Virus record (IMG/VR): IMGVR_UViG_3300021139_000005
Location: 8,415 to 72,414 of that record
Origin: a virus
Reading direction: 5' to 3' (one strand)
DNA: 64,000 nucleotides
Of the stretch, positions 19,801 through 28,918 are shown piece after piece. Numbering within the stretch: position 1 is the stretch's first letter; every line of letters starts with the position of its first letter. Below the pieces are notes generated by a model, which was not told the DNA's origin, searched no databases, and saw only the letters and a list, made by a program, of their open reading frames with translations. A program made the position numbers and the translations under genes.

Positions 19801-22040
19801 ACTTTACAATTGATGAGTCTGCGCTTGGGACAATAATTGCCCGGAAAAGAGGTGGGAAGTATATCGACGGAGTTGCCTACTATGACGCTGCAGGTAGAGA
19901 GACTGCTGTTAGTAAAATGTACGAAATATACATTCCGTTCGAAACAGAAGACCTGAGCTTATTTCCTAAAGTAGTTCAGGGAAATGGGTTACCCTACCCA
20001 CCGGGAAGTTATGTGGGCGGTATCCCAACTATCGAATGGTTTATCACATCAGCACCACCAGAATTTGCTGTAACATACCAAATATTAAGAACACTTAACA
20101 GTGCACAAGGGAGATACCTTCAATGGGCAGTGAACTCTGTTCAATATTTAAGCAAGACCTCTTACATATCCGGATCCATTAATGAGCCTCAGATTAATAC
20201 ATCATATGGAAATGATGATGCTGTGGCCATTGATTTGAGCCTTGAAAATATCTCTGAGTATAATAGAGTCTATCCTCAAAGCGATATAGCATATTCACCA
20301 ATGAAGGGAGATCGGCTGAGGTTGATATACGACAGTAATGTAAAACTTATTGATGGGCTGTATGACTTTGAGGTGTTGGGAGCAAATCAAGCGGGAACAG
20401 GGATAATCATTGCATCGCAACTAATCCCATTTGAAATAAAGCCTGGTTTTTTGGTAGAGATTTATAATGCAAAAAGTCTACTAACGACAACTCAGCAAAT
20501 ATTTTATGAAACAGGAAATGTGTTCCCATGTACAAACCCAGGACAACCAAATAATCAGCATAGTCAAACGAGTGGATTTTTTGCTGACGGAGATACATAC
20601 TGGAGGGGTAGACTGATTGTGGTGGACGATCCAATTTCTGGATTCGCTGCGGCACTACCATTGGTTGTAGAAGATGCCAGCGTAAGTGATTTTTACTTAT
20701 CGTTAGCCGAGGACATAGGTAGATTAAACAAAATAGACCCCTTCCTCATTCAGATATACAAATACACGGCCATCAGGGTGTCGAACAGCTTTGTTCCTGA
20801 TAGCCAGATCAACGGGCTCAGTGCCTTTCAGAACGTTGACGATATTCAGCTTGACATGGCGTTTGGGCCTATCATGAGACTGATAGCAACAGGATTTGTG
20901 CTTGGTGCCGTATGCCAGAATAAGTTCGTATCAAATTACCTGGGGGCAACACAGGGTGCCAAGCCTGACGGAACCCTGCAAATAGCATCACAACAAGGTT
21001 TTGTAGGAGACTCAAGGCCACTGTTGGGGGACTATGGCACTCAGCATCCGGCCACAATAATTGAGAAGGATGGCCACGGATGGGGAGCAGACTTTCAGAG
21101 GGGTATTGTGTGGGAATACTCAGACAATGGGTTAGAGGAACTGCAGAAATTGAAGGTTCGTAACTTCTTCCGTCAGTTCATGATATCGGGGGTATGGGAT
21201 GCTCATGCCGGGTATGATGCATTCTACGGCGAGTATATCCTGACTGCATGGGTAAACGACAATGACTCAGCAACTTTCTTTTCAAAGAATGCAAGCATTT
21301 ATGGTTTCCACGTTACAGACCCTGCGGGATATAGTGTGGGAGAATTGGTTCAAATAACTTTTGTCAATCAGGCTACGCAACAGACCGTAACTCTGAGCCT
21401 ACCAATACTGATCCTCAGCCAATCTGATATCTACTTCAACTTTGGCACAGATAATTACACCTTTAGCGCAGGAGAAGCGGTATCGTTTGTATCAAAGGGA
21501 CAAGGGTATACTATCGCATTCCAAAAGGACAAGCGCCGGTGGACAACGTTCTACAACTTCTGGCAGGACTCGATGTGTGGTGTAGGTATGAACTTCGTTA
21601 CATGGAAATCGGGTCAGTTGTACCTGCATGACAGGGGACCGATAAACACATTCAACGGGGTATACTATCCTTGGTTACTAAATGTTGTAGCAACCCAATT
21701 CCAACTTCAGAGCCAGCCAATTAAGGTTTGGACCGCTATGTATATCCAGCAGCTTGAGGGAGCAACAGACACGTTGTTTAACTGGTCTATACCGGTAATA
21801 ACAAACGAGAAGGGGCAGCTATCCAGGTTGATTAAAACCTTGTTCCAAAGGCTTGAGCAGTGGTGGCATACCGCGATGAAGAAGGACCTGAATACTACCT
21901 CGGTTACCAATCCTATCGTCAATGGCCGGGAAATGCGTTCACAGACACTTACACTCAACATGATCAACGACTCAACCAACCGCGTAGAACTGCGGGAAGT
22001 GAACGTTGTATACCAAGACTCAGTGGGAAATACGAAATAG
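16839..22040 (+). CDS. Muzzle/tail stabilization protein (P22 gp10-like beta-propeller) with a large insertion
   Basis: 1733 aa, N-terminal GGLDLDSDP..DY..AYNMR, C-terminal RRWTTFYNF and VNGREMRSQ. Confidence 0.75.
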   Translation: MADNPSIKLISIGGLDLDSDPSKIANTDYLIAYNMRNSISYGNQQEVPCNMNGNELVAYTLGNATYQCLGSLEDKQNSIFYFVWASDGKHRVLRYYPGNVSVNPLGEIQLVYEYNFGWSQYERITGIDFVNEQLLYWVDSVKPRKIDVVKGNTTNKFKTWDITMPVNASGAYGFVIDAVNLNTGAITSQIVNISGTNREAILQALATAINTQGLQNIFNAEACSCSVTLTEKVANTYNVIFSLPDFKVVPLNWYGVNLIDRFSDACKYPNQYPPLVTYIQDATKNFNFVKGHVFQFRTEYIFDNYEQSVLSPISNIAVNNLNCDGTNNILYNAIEVNFNDSLLLDPNTWVLVKKVNVMVRELNTGNWLQINQLDYCDFIYQVGLNTVCKCDFYNNELPLSVPQVLAGQNFDNLPIKANAQKFASNQLAYGGITENYTGPDCVEADYRITIGPTPDKKLYKVTFKIRVLSIPLFPGPTGNTENLPSLYPFFNTSPFWNPSDNNLNYTIQRGIIGHDTSRNTPFQQFYGGGGFSGNNANDFGIRSGMETTWDQRIPMGGWPIYLAGTPFYGISRQVNINLPIDGTGALDTSTAAFRQAIGAYLLSGGDVFSEVTMLVPEGEYIARAASHWCGINDPLGKGFLYDLNGTAWQKTSANVWGVYAPGSGTQPMFTPNSWQFTKEIKIVVTGDMPDAGTFLIADLAPPFFVDPTPGTGTTTWMPINAYLYDSNNNGAVDTDVNDIQFNGIPVEKTIIEYVGTNAPDGTFDPADAIFNSCTTDANGYWFGISPKQPINNAVPPFDSHNAVGLAGQFSFRALQINSNIISNTTLFWNGSLSAMITKTMSPIDFNLAVSNSLVFGVLTTTNGTGRTSCAATIKGSVFNLLNQPLPGIAVIYQNGATGYTNTNGAFELLSWGDQVTPNINIFKFLNRAFASGTGRTVDVLLYQANPLCITAYPNGHESVALNVNPINTNPSLLQGPPYSETAFFLALDFTIDESALGTIIARKRGGKYIDGVAYYDAAGRETAVSKMYEIYIPFETEDLSLFPKVVQGNGLPYPPGSYVGGIPTIEWFITSAPPEFAVTYQILRTLNSAQGRYLQWAVNSVQYLSKTSYISGSINEPQINTSYGNDDAVAIDLSLENISEYNRVYPQSDIAYSPMKGDRLRLIYDSNVKLIDGLYDFEVLGANQAGTGIIIASQLIPFEIKPGFLVEIYNAKSLLTTTQQIFYETGNVFPCTNPGQPNNQHSQTSGFFADGDTYWRGRLIVVDDPISGFAAALPLVVEDASVSDFYLSLAEDIGRLNKIDPFLIQIYKYTAIRVSNSFVPDSQINGLSAFQNVDDIQLDMAFGPIMRLIATGFVLGAVCQNKFVSNYLGATQGAKPDGTLQIASQQGFVGDSRPLLGDYGTQHPATIIEKDGHGWGADFQRGIVWEYSDNGLEELQKLKVRNFFRQFMISGVWDAHAGYDAFYGEYILTAWVNDNDSATFFSKNASIYGFHVTDPAGYSVGELVQITFVNQATQQTVTLSLPILILSQSDIYFNFGTDNYTFSAGEAVSFVSKGQGYTIAFQKDKRRWTTFYNFWQDSMCGVGMNFVTWKSGQLYLHDRGPINTFNGVYYPWLLNVVATQFQLQSQPIKVWTAMYIQQLEGATDTLFNWSIPVITNEKGQLSRLIKTLFQRLEQWWHTAMKKDLNTTSVTNPIVNGREMRSQTLTLNMINDSTNRVELREVNVVYQDSVGNTK

Positions 22041-22053
22041 TTAACTTTGGGCC

Positions 22054-22398
22054 ATGTTCGAATGTTCACAGTGCGGCTTATGCTGCAGAAACACCGGAAA
22101 AGTAGTAGCTGACGCAAAGAAGGCACTATCCGAAGGAAGCAAATCAGTTCTAACCAGGATAACATCTGAGTTCCCATTTGGAGCAAAGGAAAATGGTTCC
22201 TGTGAAAAACTTGGAGAAGATGGCCGATGCACTGTTTATGAGAACCGGCCAGACATCTGTAATGTTGAGAAGAGCTTCGAAACTGTGGGCGCAGGAATGA
22301 CGAAGGAGCAGTATTACTCATTGCAGGGAACTTGTTGCAATGTGATGATAAAAGAGGCCGGAATGGACGAAAAGTATTTAGTCAAACAAAACTACTAA
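22054..22398 (+). CDS. YkgJ-family (CxxCxxCC) Fe-S/Zn cluster protein
   Basis: CSQCGLCC ... CEKL..DGRCTVYENRPDIC. Confidence 0.85.
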   Translation: MFECSQCGLCCRNTGKVVADAKKALSEGSKSVLTRITSEFPFGAKENGSCEKLGEDGRCTVYENRPDICNVEKSFETVGAGMTKEQYYSLQGTCCNVMIKEAGMDEKYLVKQNY

Positions 22399-22399
22399 C

Positions 22400-23110
22400 A
22401 TGGCAGGTATTGGAGCAGGATTAGGGGGATTTGCAAGCCTCATTACTAACCTGATTAGCGCAGGTGAAAAAAACGCTCAAGCCAAGAAACAACAGGGTAA
22501 GGCTGCTGAGCTTGAGGCACAGGCCAATGCTGTAACACCAGAGAACCCCCTCAATGACCCAGCGTATAAGATGAAGGCATTCCTCGCTGCTGCTGGTCTT
22601 CCAGGGTATGAACAATACAAGGAGGGTTACAATCAGGATGAGGCCAATGCTGTCGCGCATGCGGAAAAGGATACTAACAGCAGTGGTGCTTTACTTAACT
22701 TTTTGGCTGCAAGCGAAGGCCAAAAGAACAAAGCTGTTACCAGTTTAAATACTCAAAATGCAGCTTATATTGAAGGTAAAAAGGTAGCTCTAGCTGATCA
22801 GTATGAAACCGAGAAGATGAACTTTGACCAAATAGCAAGGGAGCCGAAGGCGAAGCTGAACTATGCGGCCACATCATACGAGAATGCTGCTCTTCAGGAA
22901 AAACAAGATGGTCAAGACCAAACTTTAGGAGCCATCGGTAAGGCCGGTTCGGATATCGGTTCATTACTTGGAACAATAAAGAAGCCGGTTCCTTCGCCAA
23001 CATTCGATGCGACAAGCCAAACAGGAGGAGTGAGTAATGCGGTAATTCAACAGGTAATAAATGCGATTCTGAAAAAGGGCAATGATGCCGCTGTTCCGTC
23101 AGACTTTTAA
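22400..23110 (+). CDS. Internal virion/ejection protein (small)
   Basis: Gly/Ala amphipathic N-terminus and A/Q coiled coil; first cargo-type gene after the muzzle gene. Confidence 0.55.
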   Translation: MAGIGAGLGGFASLITNLISAGEKNAQAKKQQGKAAELEAQANAVTPENPLNDPAYKMKAFLAAAGLPGYEQYKEGYNQDEANAVAHAEKDTNSSGALLNFLAASEGQKNKAVTSLNTQNAAYIEGKKVALADQYETEKMNFDQIAREPKAKLNYAATSYENAALQEKQDGQDQTLGAIGKAGSDIGSLLGTIKKPVPSPTFDATSQTGGVSNAVIQQVINAILKKGNDAAVPSDF

Positions 23111-23119
23111 TTTCAAACT

Positions 23120-25234
23120 ATGCCAGATCCAGGTTTAACATACGTCAGCGGTAATTACACAGCAGGGCCAGGTATCAGCGCTCCATCTAAAGTATTTGGA
23201 CCTGAGCAGGTAGCGGAGTTAACCAACAACCGGCTAGACCAGTATGTGCAGGACAAAAAGCAGGAACAGGCCAAGAACCAGGCCAAGCTCGGGAAGATGC
23301 TTTCTGACCTCGATGTAAAACCAACGGGCATGTTCGAAAAGGATTTGCCCGAGTTTGTTAAGGCCAAGCAAGCACTGGAAGACTTCTATACTCAAGCCCA
23401 GGTAGCCGGTGTTGATCCTAATAACCCAAGATTTTTGGAGCAGTATACCAAGGCTAAGAAGTATAAAGATGGTCTTCAGGCTATGGTACAGCAGAGCGTT
23501 AATAACAACAAGGAGTTTATAGAGGCAGTAAAAAAGCTGGATAGCAATAAGAATGATCAATTTGATTTTGACAGTAGCCAGAAGAATCTGGAAGCCTTTA
23601 AAAATGGAACGTTTGAGGAAAGGAATAAGTTAATAGGTAATCTATTAGTCCCAAACAACACAGATTATGAGCATAAATTCATGCTTGACCTGTATAAGAA
23701 TGGATTGTTAAAGCCAGACACAACAAAGGTGGCTCTTGATGCAAAGAACCCTGTAAAATATGATAAGGCAAGACTGAAGGAACTAGAAGCCCTTGACTCA
23801 TCAGGTAACTTAAAAGGGGATGAGCAGAATGAGTTAAAGGACCTTCGAATCAGCAGAGATGAGAATCAAAAACTTGTCGAAGGATATGATGTATCAGAGA
23901 CGAATGTGAAGTATGGGGACGATATTACCTTTAAAGCCAAAGATGCTAACGGAAACGTAGTTGACCAGATGAAGTTACCCTCTCAAACATTGGGGGCGGC
24001 AAGAGAAATGATGGCACCCGGAAATAAGGCAGGGGATAAGAGTAGGAGAGAGCTGATAAATTTAAGTAATGGGAAGGATGCCTCTGGTCAAATACCGCAA
24101 GTACAAGACCCAAACTATCCTAATGACCCCACAAAAACAATTGATGACCCCATTGCACAGGAAACCTACCGAAATCTGTATTACAACCTGCAAAAGATGG
24201 CGGCAGGGTATGGCATGTTTGGTGGACAACCTATAACCGGAGATGAGCTTTACGCGGCTCAAAAGATATCAGCTCACGCTAATGGTATCAAGAGGGCGTT
24301 TGAGGCAAAAGAAACACCCGCACAGGCAGCCAATGCGAGATACTGGAACTCTGGTGCCGGAAGGAAAGAGAAGGAGCAAACGTCATTTGCTGATGACATT
24401 GTTAACCAGGCATACTCTTGGCTTACAGGAGATCCTAAGCACGTTCATATGGACTCAGATGGCAGGAATGTAGCCGACCTTGTTGGCTATAATAGTTACC
24501 TTGGGGCAGAGTATAAAAAAGGATTTGGAAACCGAGTTGAAGACGCTCAATTCATTAAAAGACCTGATGGAACAACGGTCCTCCGGGTGAAATCATCTGC
24601 AAGCAAAGCAAAGGCAGCGCAGAATCCTACAATAACGGCACAGTACGAAGCAACAACGGCTCAGGTTGAGGCGATTGAAAACAATCCGAAGGTTTACGAC
24701 AAAAATAATCCTATAAATCCGTGGAAAGATATCAGCCAGAAGGCCGATTATGAGAAGTTACAGAACCACCTTACCGAACTAGAAAAGGCTGGCGGTAGCG
24801 GATATACAACTTATACCGTTGATCAACTTGGAACGCTGGCACAGGAACGAGTTATGGGTATCATGCATGGACATGGTGATCTCGCTACAGTACTTGGCGA
24901 GGTTAAAGATGCGGTGGACAGAAAGCTAAAATCTGTTGCTGGAAAGAACCCCAGTTACGGGGCAATAAAATCATCAGATAAGGCTGCATTACAGCAGCAA
25001 CTTGAGGACAACTTGGATAAGATGAATTATATGTCTGAAGGACCAGATAAGGCAGACTTTGTAGCAGAAAATACTCGCCTTCGGGAAAAAATCAAGGCTA
25101 TTGAGGATAAAGAGGTCGGCACCAAAACATCAACCAAAAAGACACCTCCTCCAAAGACGGGTGATGTTGTATCCGGACATAAGTTTAAAGGAGGAGACCC
25201 AAACAAACCAGAAAATTGGGAGGTTGTAAAATAA
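23120..25234 (+). CDS. Internal virion/ejection protein
   Basis: 704-aa K/D/Q-rich helical protein ending in GHKFKGGDPNKPENW, a tail reminiscent of podophage ejection proteins. Confidence 0.55.
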   Translation: MPDPGLTYVSGNYTAGPGISAPSKVFGPEQVAELTNNRLDQYVQDKKQEQAKNQAKLGKMLSDLDVKPTGMFEKDLPEFVKAKQALEDFYTQAQVAGVDPNNPRFLEQYTKAKKYKDGLQAMVQQSVNNNKEFIEAVKKLDSNKNDQFDFDSSQKNLEAFKNGTFEERNKLIGNLLVPNNTDYEHKFMLDLYKNGLLKPDTTKVALDAKNPVKYDKARLKELEALDSSGNLKGDEQNELKDLRISRDENQKLVEGYDVSETNVKYGDDITFKAKDANGNVVDQMKLPSQTLGAAREMMAPGNKAGDKSRRELINLSNGKDASGQIPQVQDPNYPNDPTKTIDDPIAQETYRNLYYNLQKMAAGYGMFGGQPITGDELYAAQKISAHANGIKRAFEAKETPAQAANARYWNSGAGRKEKEQTSFADDIVNQAYSWLTGDPKHVHMDSDGRNVADLVGYNSYLGAEYKKGFGNRVEDAQFIKRPDGTTVLRVKSSASKAKAAQNPTITAQYEATTAQVEAIENNPKVYDKNNPINPWKDISQKADYEKLQNHLTELEKAGGSGYTTYTVDQLGTLAQERVMGIMHGHGDLATVLGEVKDAVDRKLKSVAGKNPSYGAIKSSDKAALQQQLEDNLDKMNYMSEGPDKADFVAENTRLREKIKAIEDKEVGTKTSTKKTPPPKTGDVVSGHKFKGGDPNKPENWEVVK

Positions 25235-25257
25235 GTAAAAGTTTATACCTTTGAAGC

Positions 25258-25500
25258 ATGAGAATGCCCAGAAAAGTAAAAAAAAGACTACAAAAACGAG
25301 TTGCTAATGGGGCTACGTTTGATGAATTTATGTTTGAATTCATGCACAAAAAAAGAAATATTTTGTTTAAGAGGTTTGGTAAACAATCACCCATGTCTGC
25401 TGGAAAATTTATAGTTGCTAATTATATGTCTCCCGATCTAACTAAAATAGAGGGTAATGCATTTGATGATGTATTATTACCTTTGAACAATGGCCGATGA
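25258..25500 (+). CDS. Small inserted protein containing a copy of the MCP N-terminal motif
   Basis: KRNILFKRFGKQ versus MCP KRNKLFKRFGKQ; own TACCTTTG 4 nt before ATG. Confidence 0.7.
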   Translation: MRMPRKVKKRLQKRVANGATFDEFMFEFMHKKRNILFKRFGKQSPMSAGKFIVANYMSPDLTKIEGNAFDDVLLPLNNGR

Positions 25501-28171
25501 CAAAAAACCATGGGAAGTAGAGTATGACAAGGGTAGCTCAGATAGCAAACAAGCTACCACAGAGGCAAAGCCTTGGGAAATAGATTATGACAAACCGGCT
25601 TCCAAGAAAGAAGATGCACCCGTAAACTCTAATGAAGAGGCCCAAAAGAAACTACAAGATGGTGGTAAATTACCTGGACTACAGGATAACAAAACACCTG
25701 GGAAAGAGTCTAATGAGGCGGTTCCTGTTCACCCACAGAACGAACGCCTTCCTGATCCAATAAAGAAAAAGGTAGGCGATAAAAGCGTTGAAACCTACGT
25801 CGCTGAAAAGAATCATGAGCAGTTCAAGAAGCAGGGAGAGATGTCGGATATTGCCGGCAAGCTGAATCAGTTTCAATATTCTGATAACTGGAAACAGTTT
25901 TTAGCCCTCAGCGAATCATTCGCAAGCCCCAACTTGAAGAAAGGGACTCCAGAGTACGATGCGGCAGTTAAGAAGCATGATGAACTTATGGATAAGCCGT
26001 TCGACTATAACTCCGTTCAGTATGAGTGGGGGTCTAATCCTACACCGGCATCCACCTCTGAAAAAAACTACGTTAAGCCAGCGACAGAAACTACCTTCAA
26101 TAACAAGGTTCCAAAAGAATTTGCCAGTGTAAAAACAGTTGGTGATGCTGTAAAAGTTTGGAATAAACTGAGTGCTGATGGGAAGAAGCTACAGGAAGAG
26201 CATAAGCAGGTAACTGCTGATAAGGATGAAACAGTCAAGGCCGCGAGAGATATTGCCGGCATCAAGATAAACCAAGCCGGAGAGCATCAGATAAACCAGT
26301 ACGAGTCCTTCGTTGATGGGCTTGTTGGTTCGTTCAGTTCAATAAAGAAAACGACTGACCTGCTTACTTCATCTCCAGAGGAACGTGCACAGATAGGTTT
26401 GCAGGGCGAAGGAGAGCAGCTTATTGATCCAAAGGTCCCTACAGGATTTGGGGCAGGAGCTTTTCAGGCGGCAGGTAGCCTTATCCCGTTGGCCATGCCT
26501 GGGATTGGGGCAGAGGCTGCGTTTGGCAAGGGAATGTTAGCTGCCGGTGGTGCAATGTTCGGACAGGGCCTTATCATGCATATGACAGGATATGCACCTG
26601 CATGGCAGGAGATGTTCAGCAAAACATTTAACGAAACGGGGGATAAGATGTTGGCTGTAGACAAAGCCGACAAGACTGCAGCAGTACATGGAACGGTGGA
26701 CTTCATAGTAGGTGCTGCCATGCTTCCAATAGCTACTAAATTAGGAGGAATAGCAGGCAGGGCTATACTTGGGGAAGAGGCTGCGAATTACCTCACCAAA
26801 ACAGGAGAACTTAACGCAAGCAGGATGCCGTTAGGCCGGTGGGTAGAATACCAGTTGGCTCATCACAGTATTGCATCGAGTCCGTTTTACGCGGGTAAGG
26901 TAGTTACAAATGCCTTTGATATTGCCAGCGGGGAAAAGAAGGGATACCTGGATGGAGCCGCCGATCAATACATGGGTGCTATGTTGTTGGGGTTCGGAAT
27001 GGATGGATTCATGTATGGCAAAGGGAAGGTAAGGGATATGTGGGGTAAAACCCTATCAAAATATGCTCCGGATGCTGCTGTTCAGTTCATCAACAAAATG
27101 ATTGGCGAAGGCAAGATGGGCCAGAAGGAAGGCACTGACATGGTAGGAACCATAGAAAATCAGGCCCGGGCATACAAGATGATGCCAGATGGAATTACCA
27201 TCGACCACGAAGGCGAGATTCTTCCTATCCTGATGGAGAATGATCAGCTAATGCGCCAAAAGAATGAAGGAGACCTTTATCCTGACGTTGTTACCATGGA
27301 TAAAATCCGGAAGAACAACCAGAAGATATTGGAGATTACTCAGTCTCCACTATCGTACGAAGAGTTAAAGGATAGGGCTAAATTGAAGGAACAGGAGAAG
27401 GCAAATGGTGGAAGACTTCCACAGCATGACCGGGATATGTTATCGCACTACGACCGCAGGCTGGATGCTATTGAGGCTACCAAGGCTGAAATGGCTAACC
27501 GGAAACAGAAGGCTATCGATGACATGATTGATAAGCTGTCTACCGGTGATAAGGTAGAGGCTACTCCAGAAGAACAGAAATTCTATGAGGAGAATAAAAC
27601 AGCAATCGATAAAGGTCTGGAAGATAAACAGACCGCTATTGACACGGAGAAAAAGGCATCCATTCAGAACAAGATAAATGCTGGGGAAGAAATTACCGGC
27701 GATGAGCTTGCTGACAAGAAGAAGTTCGAAGAGGAAGGATACGAGTTCAGGCCCAAACCTGCTGCTCCACCGGCACCTGTTCCCGCACCTGAAGAGGTTC
27801 AACAGCACATAGCCAACAACTATAAAGCTGATTTGAATGCCATCGACGCAAAGATGGAGTCAGGAGAACTTACCCATGAGCAAGGGGAGGCAGAGATTCA
27901 AAAGTTGAAGGATAAGGCAGTAAAAGACCTGGCCGATAAGAAGGCTGCGGAGAATAAAGCTACGCGGGAATCGCTTGAACCAGACATGAATGCCTTCAGC
28001 GAATACGAAGCACTTCAAAAGAAAAAGGGTATCAAAAAGACCAACGGCATGGCCGACTTCCTTGAAAAGATGGGAAGGAAGGGTGCAGCTATAAAGGCTA
28101 TCTCAGACAATTGGAGTGAGCTCAGCAAAGAACTTGAGAAATCAGGCATCTTGGAAGTTGACTGCCCATAG
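25490..28171 (+). CDS. Internal virion/ejection protein with hydrophobic membrane-like segments
   Basis: N-terminal KPWEVEY/KPWEIDY repeat, central G/A-rich hydrophobic helices, C-terminal DCP. Confidence 0.55.
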   Translation: MADDKKPWEVEYDKGSSDSKQATTEAKPWEIDYDKPASKKEDAPVNSNEEAQKKLQDGGKLPGLQDNKTPGKESNEAVPVHPQNERLPDPIKKKVGDKSVETYVAEKNHEQFKKQGEMSDIAGKLNQFQYSDNWKQFLALSESFASPNLKKGTPEYDAAVKKHDELMDKPFDYNSVQYEWGSNPTPASTSEKNYVKPATETTFNNKVPKEFASVKTVGDAVKVWNKLSADGKKLQEEHKQVTADKDETVKAARDIAGIKINQAGEHQINQYESFVDGLVGSFSSIKKTTDLLTSSPEERAQIGLQGEGEQLIDPKVPTGFGAGAFQAAGSLIPLAMPGIGAEAAFGKGMLAAGGAMFGQGLIMHMTGYAPAWQEMFSKTFNETGDKMLAVDKADKTAAVHGTVDFIVGAAMLPIATKLGGIAGRAILGEEAANYLTKTGELNASRMPLGRWVEYQLAHHSIASSPFYAGKVVTNAFDIASGEKKGYLDGAADQYMGAMLLGFGMDGFMYGKGKVRDMWGKTLSKYAPDAAVQFINKMIGEGKMGQKEGTDMVGTIENQARAYKMMPDGITIDHEGEILPILMENDQLMRQKNEGDLYPDVVTMDKIRKNNQKILEITQSPLSYEELKDRAKLKEQEKANGGRLPQHDRDMLSHYDRRLDAIEATKAEMANRKQKAIDDMIDKLSTGDKVEATPEEQKFYEENKTAIDKGLEDKQTAIDTEKKASIQNKINAGEEITGDELADKKKFEEEGYEFRPKPAAPPAPVPAPEEVQQHIANNYKADLNAIDAKMESGELTHEQGEAEIQKLKDKAVKDLADKKAAENKATRESLEPDMNAFSEYEALQKKKGIKKTNGMADFLEKMGRKGAAIKAISDNWSELSKELEKSGILEVDCP

Positions 28172-28185
28172 TATATATTTGCTAC

Positions 28186-28809
28186 ATGGTAGCAGTAGAA
28201 TTCATCATCGACGTAATCCTGGACGCACCATTTGAATCGATATATCCTGAAGAGATGAGAATCCCTTCCGAGATCAAGCATCAGATGCTGCATAAGACCC
28301 AGGCAACCTTCATCACAATGATCAACAAGGAAACCAGGGAGCCAATTGGCGAGACGTATTACCTCCCGTTGGACTTGCTTGAACAACACATGACCGAGTT
28401 ACAGGCCGGGGCATGGATGGGAAAACAAGCAGCATACATCTACAAGAACACAATTCTTCCTGAATATCAGGGTAAAGGGTATGGAAAGATGCTCACCGAT
28501 TTCAGGCTCTCTCATCTCAAAAAACAAGGGTATAAATACTCCATCGGTCACGCGAGACACAACAGGTCAATTAAGCAGGCGCGTATGTTCGGAGCCACGG
28601 TCATTTCAGAGATTGATAACTGGTCAGGCGGTAGCGAAACGGTATCTCTTTGTGTGCTTGATTTAACCAAGTTCAGTGATCATGAGATTGACCGGGCAGC
28701 AGTAAAGGCCGGTATCGAATCAGGATACAAATACACAGAAAAGATAGCTTATCAGGACGGTTACCGGGCAGGTATTATCTTTGCTCAACAAAATGGCTAT
28801 AACTCCTGA
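28186..28809 (+). CDS. GNAT-family N-acetyltransferase
   Basis: Acetyl-CoA motif ILPEYQGKGYGKML. Confidence 0.85.
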   Translation: MVAVEFIIDVILDAPFESIYPEEMRIPSEIKHQMLHKTQATFITMINKETREPIGETYYLPLDLLEQHMTELQAGAWMGKQAAYIYKNTILPEYQGKGYGKMLTDFRLSHLKKQGYKYSIGHARHNRSIKQARMFGATVISEIDNWSGGSETVSLCVLDLTKFSDHEIDRAAVKAGIESGYKYTEKIAYQDGYRAGIIFAQQNGYNS

Positions 28810-28918
28810 CGATAACATGGATGGCATCGATGAAGATGCAGACTTCGTAGAGACGGAAGAAACAGGCTATGAGGATATCGAAAGTGATTCTGAGGACGAT
28901 TCAAACGAAGATTGGTAA
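28793..28918 (+). CDS. 41-aa highly acidic peptide (not in the ORF track)
   Basis: MAITPDDNMDGIDEDADFVETEETGYEDIESDSEDDSNEDW; its TAA overlaps the next ATG (TAATG). Confidence 0.65.
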   Translation: MAITPDDNMDGIDEDADFVETEETGYEDIESDSEDDSNEDW

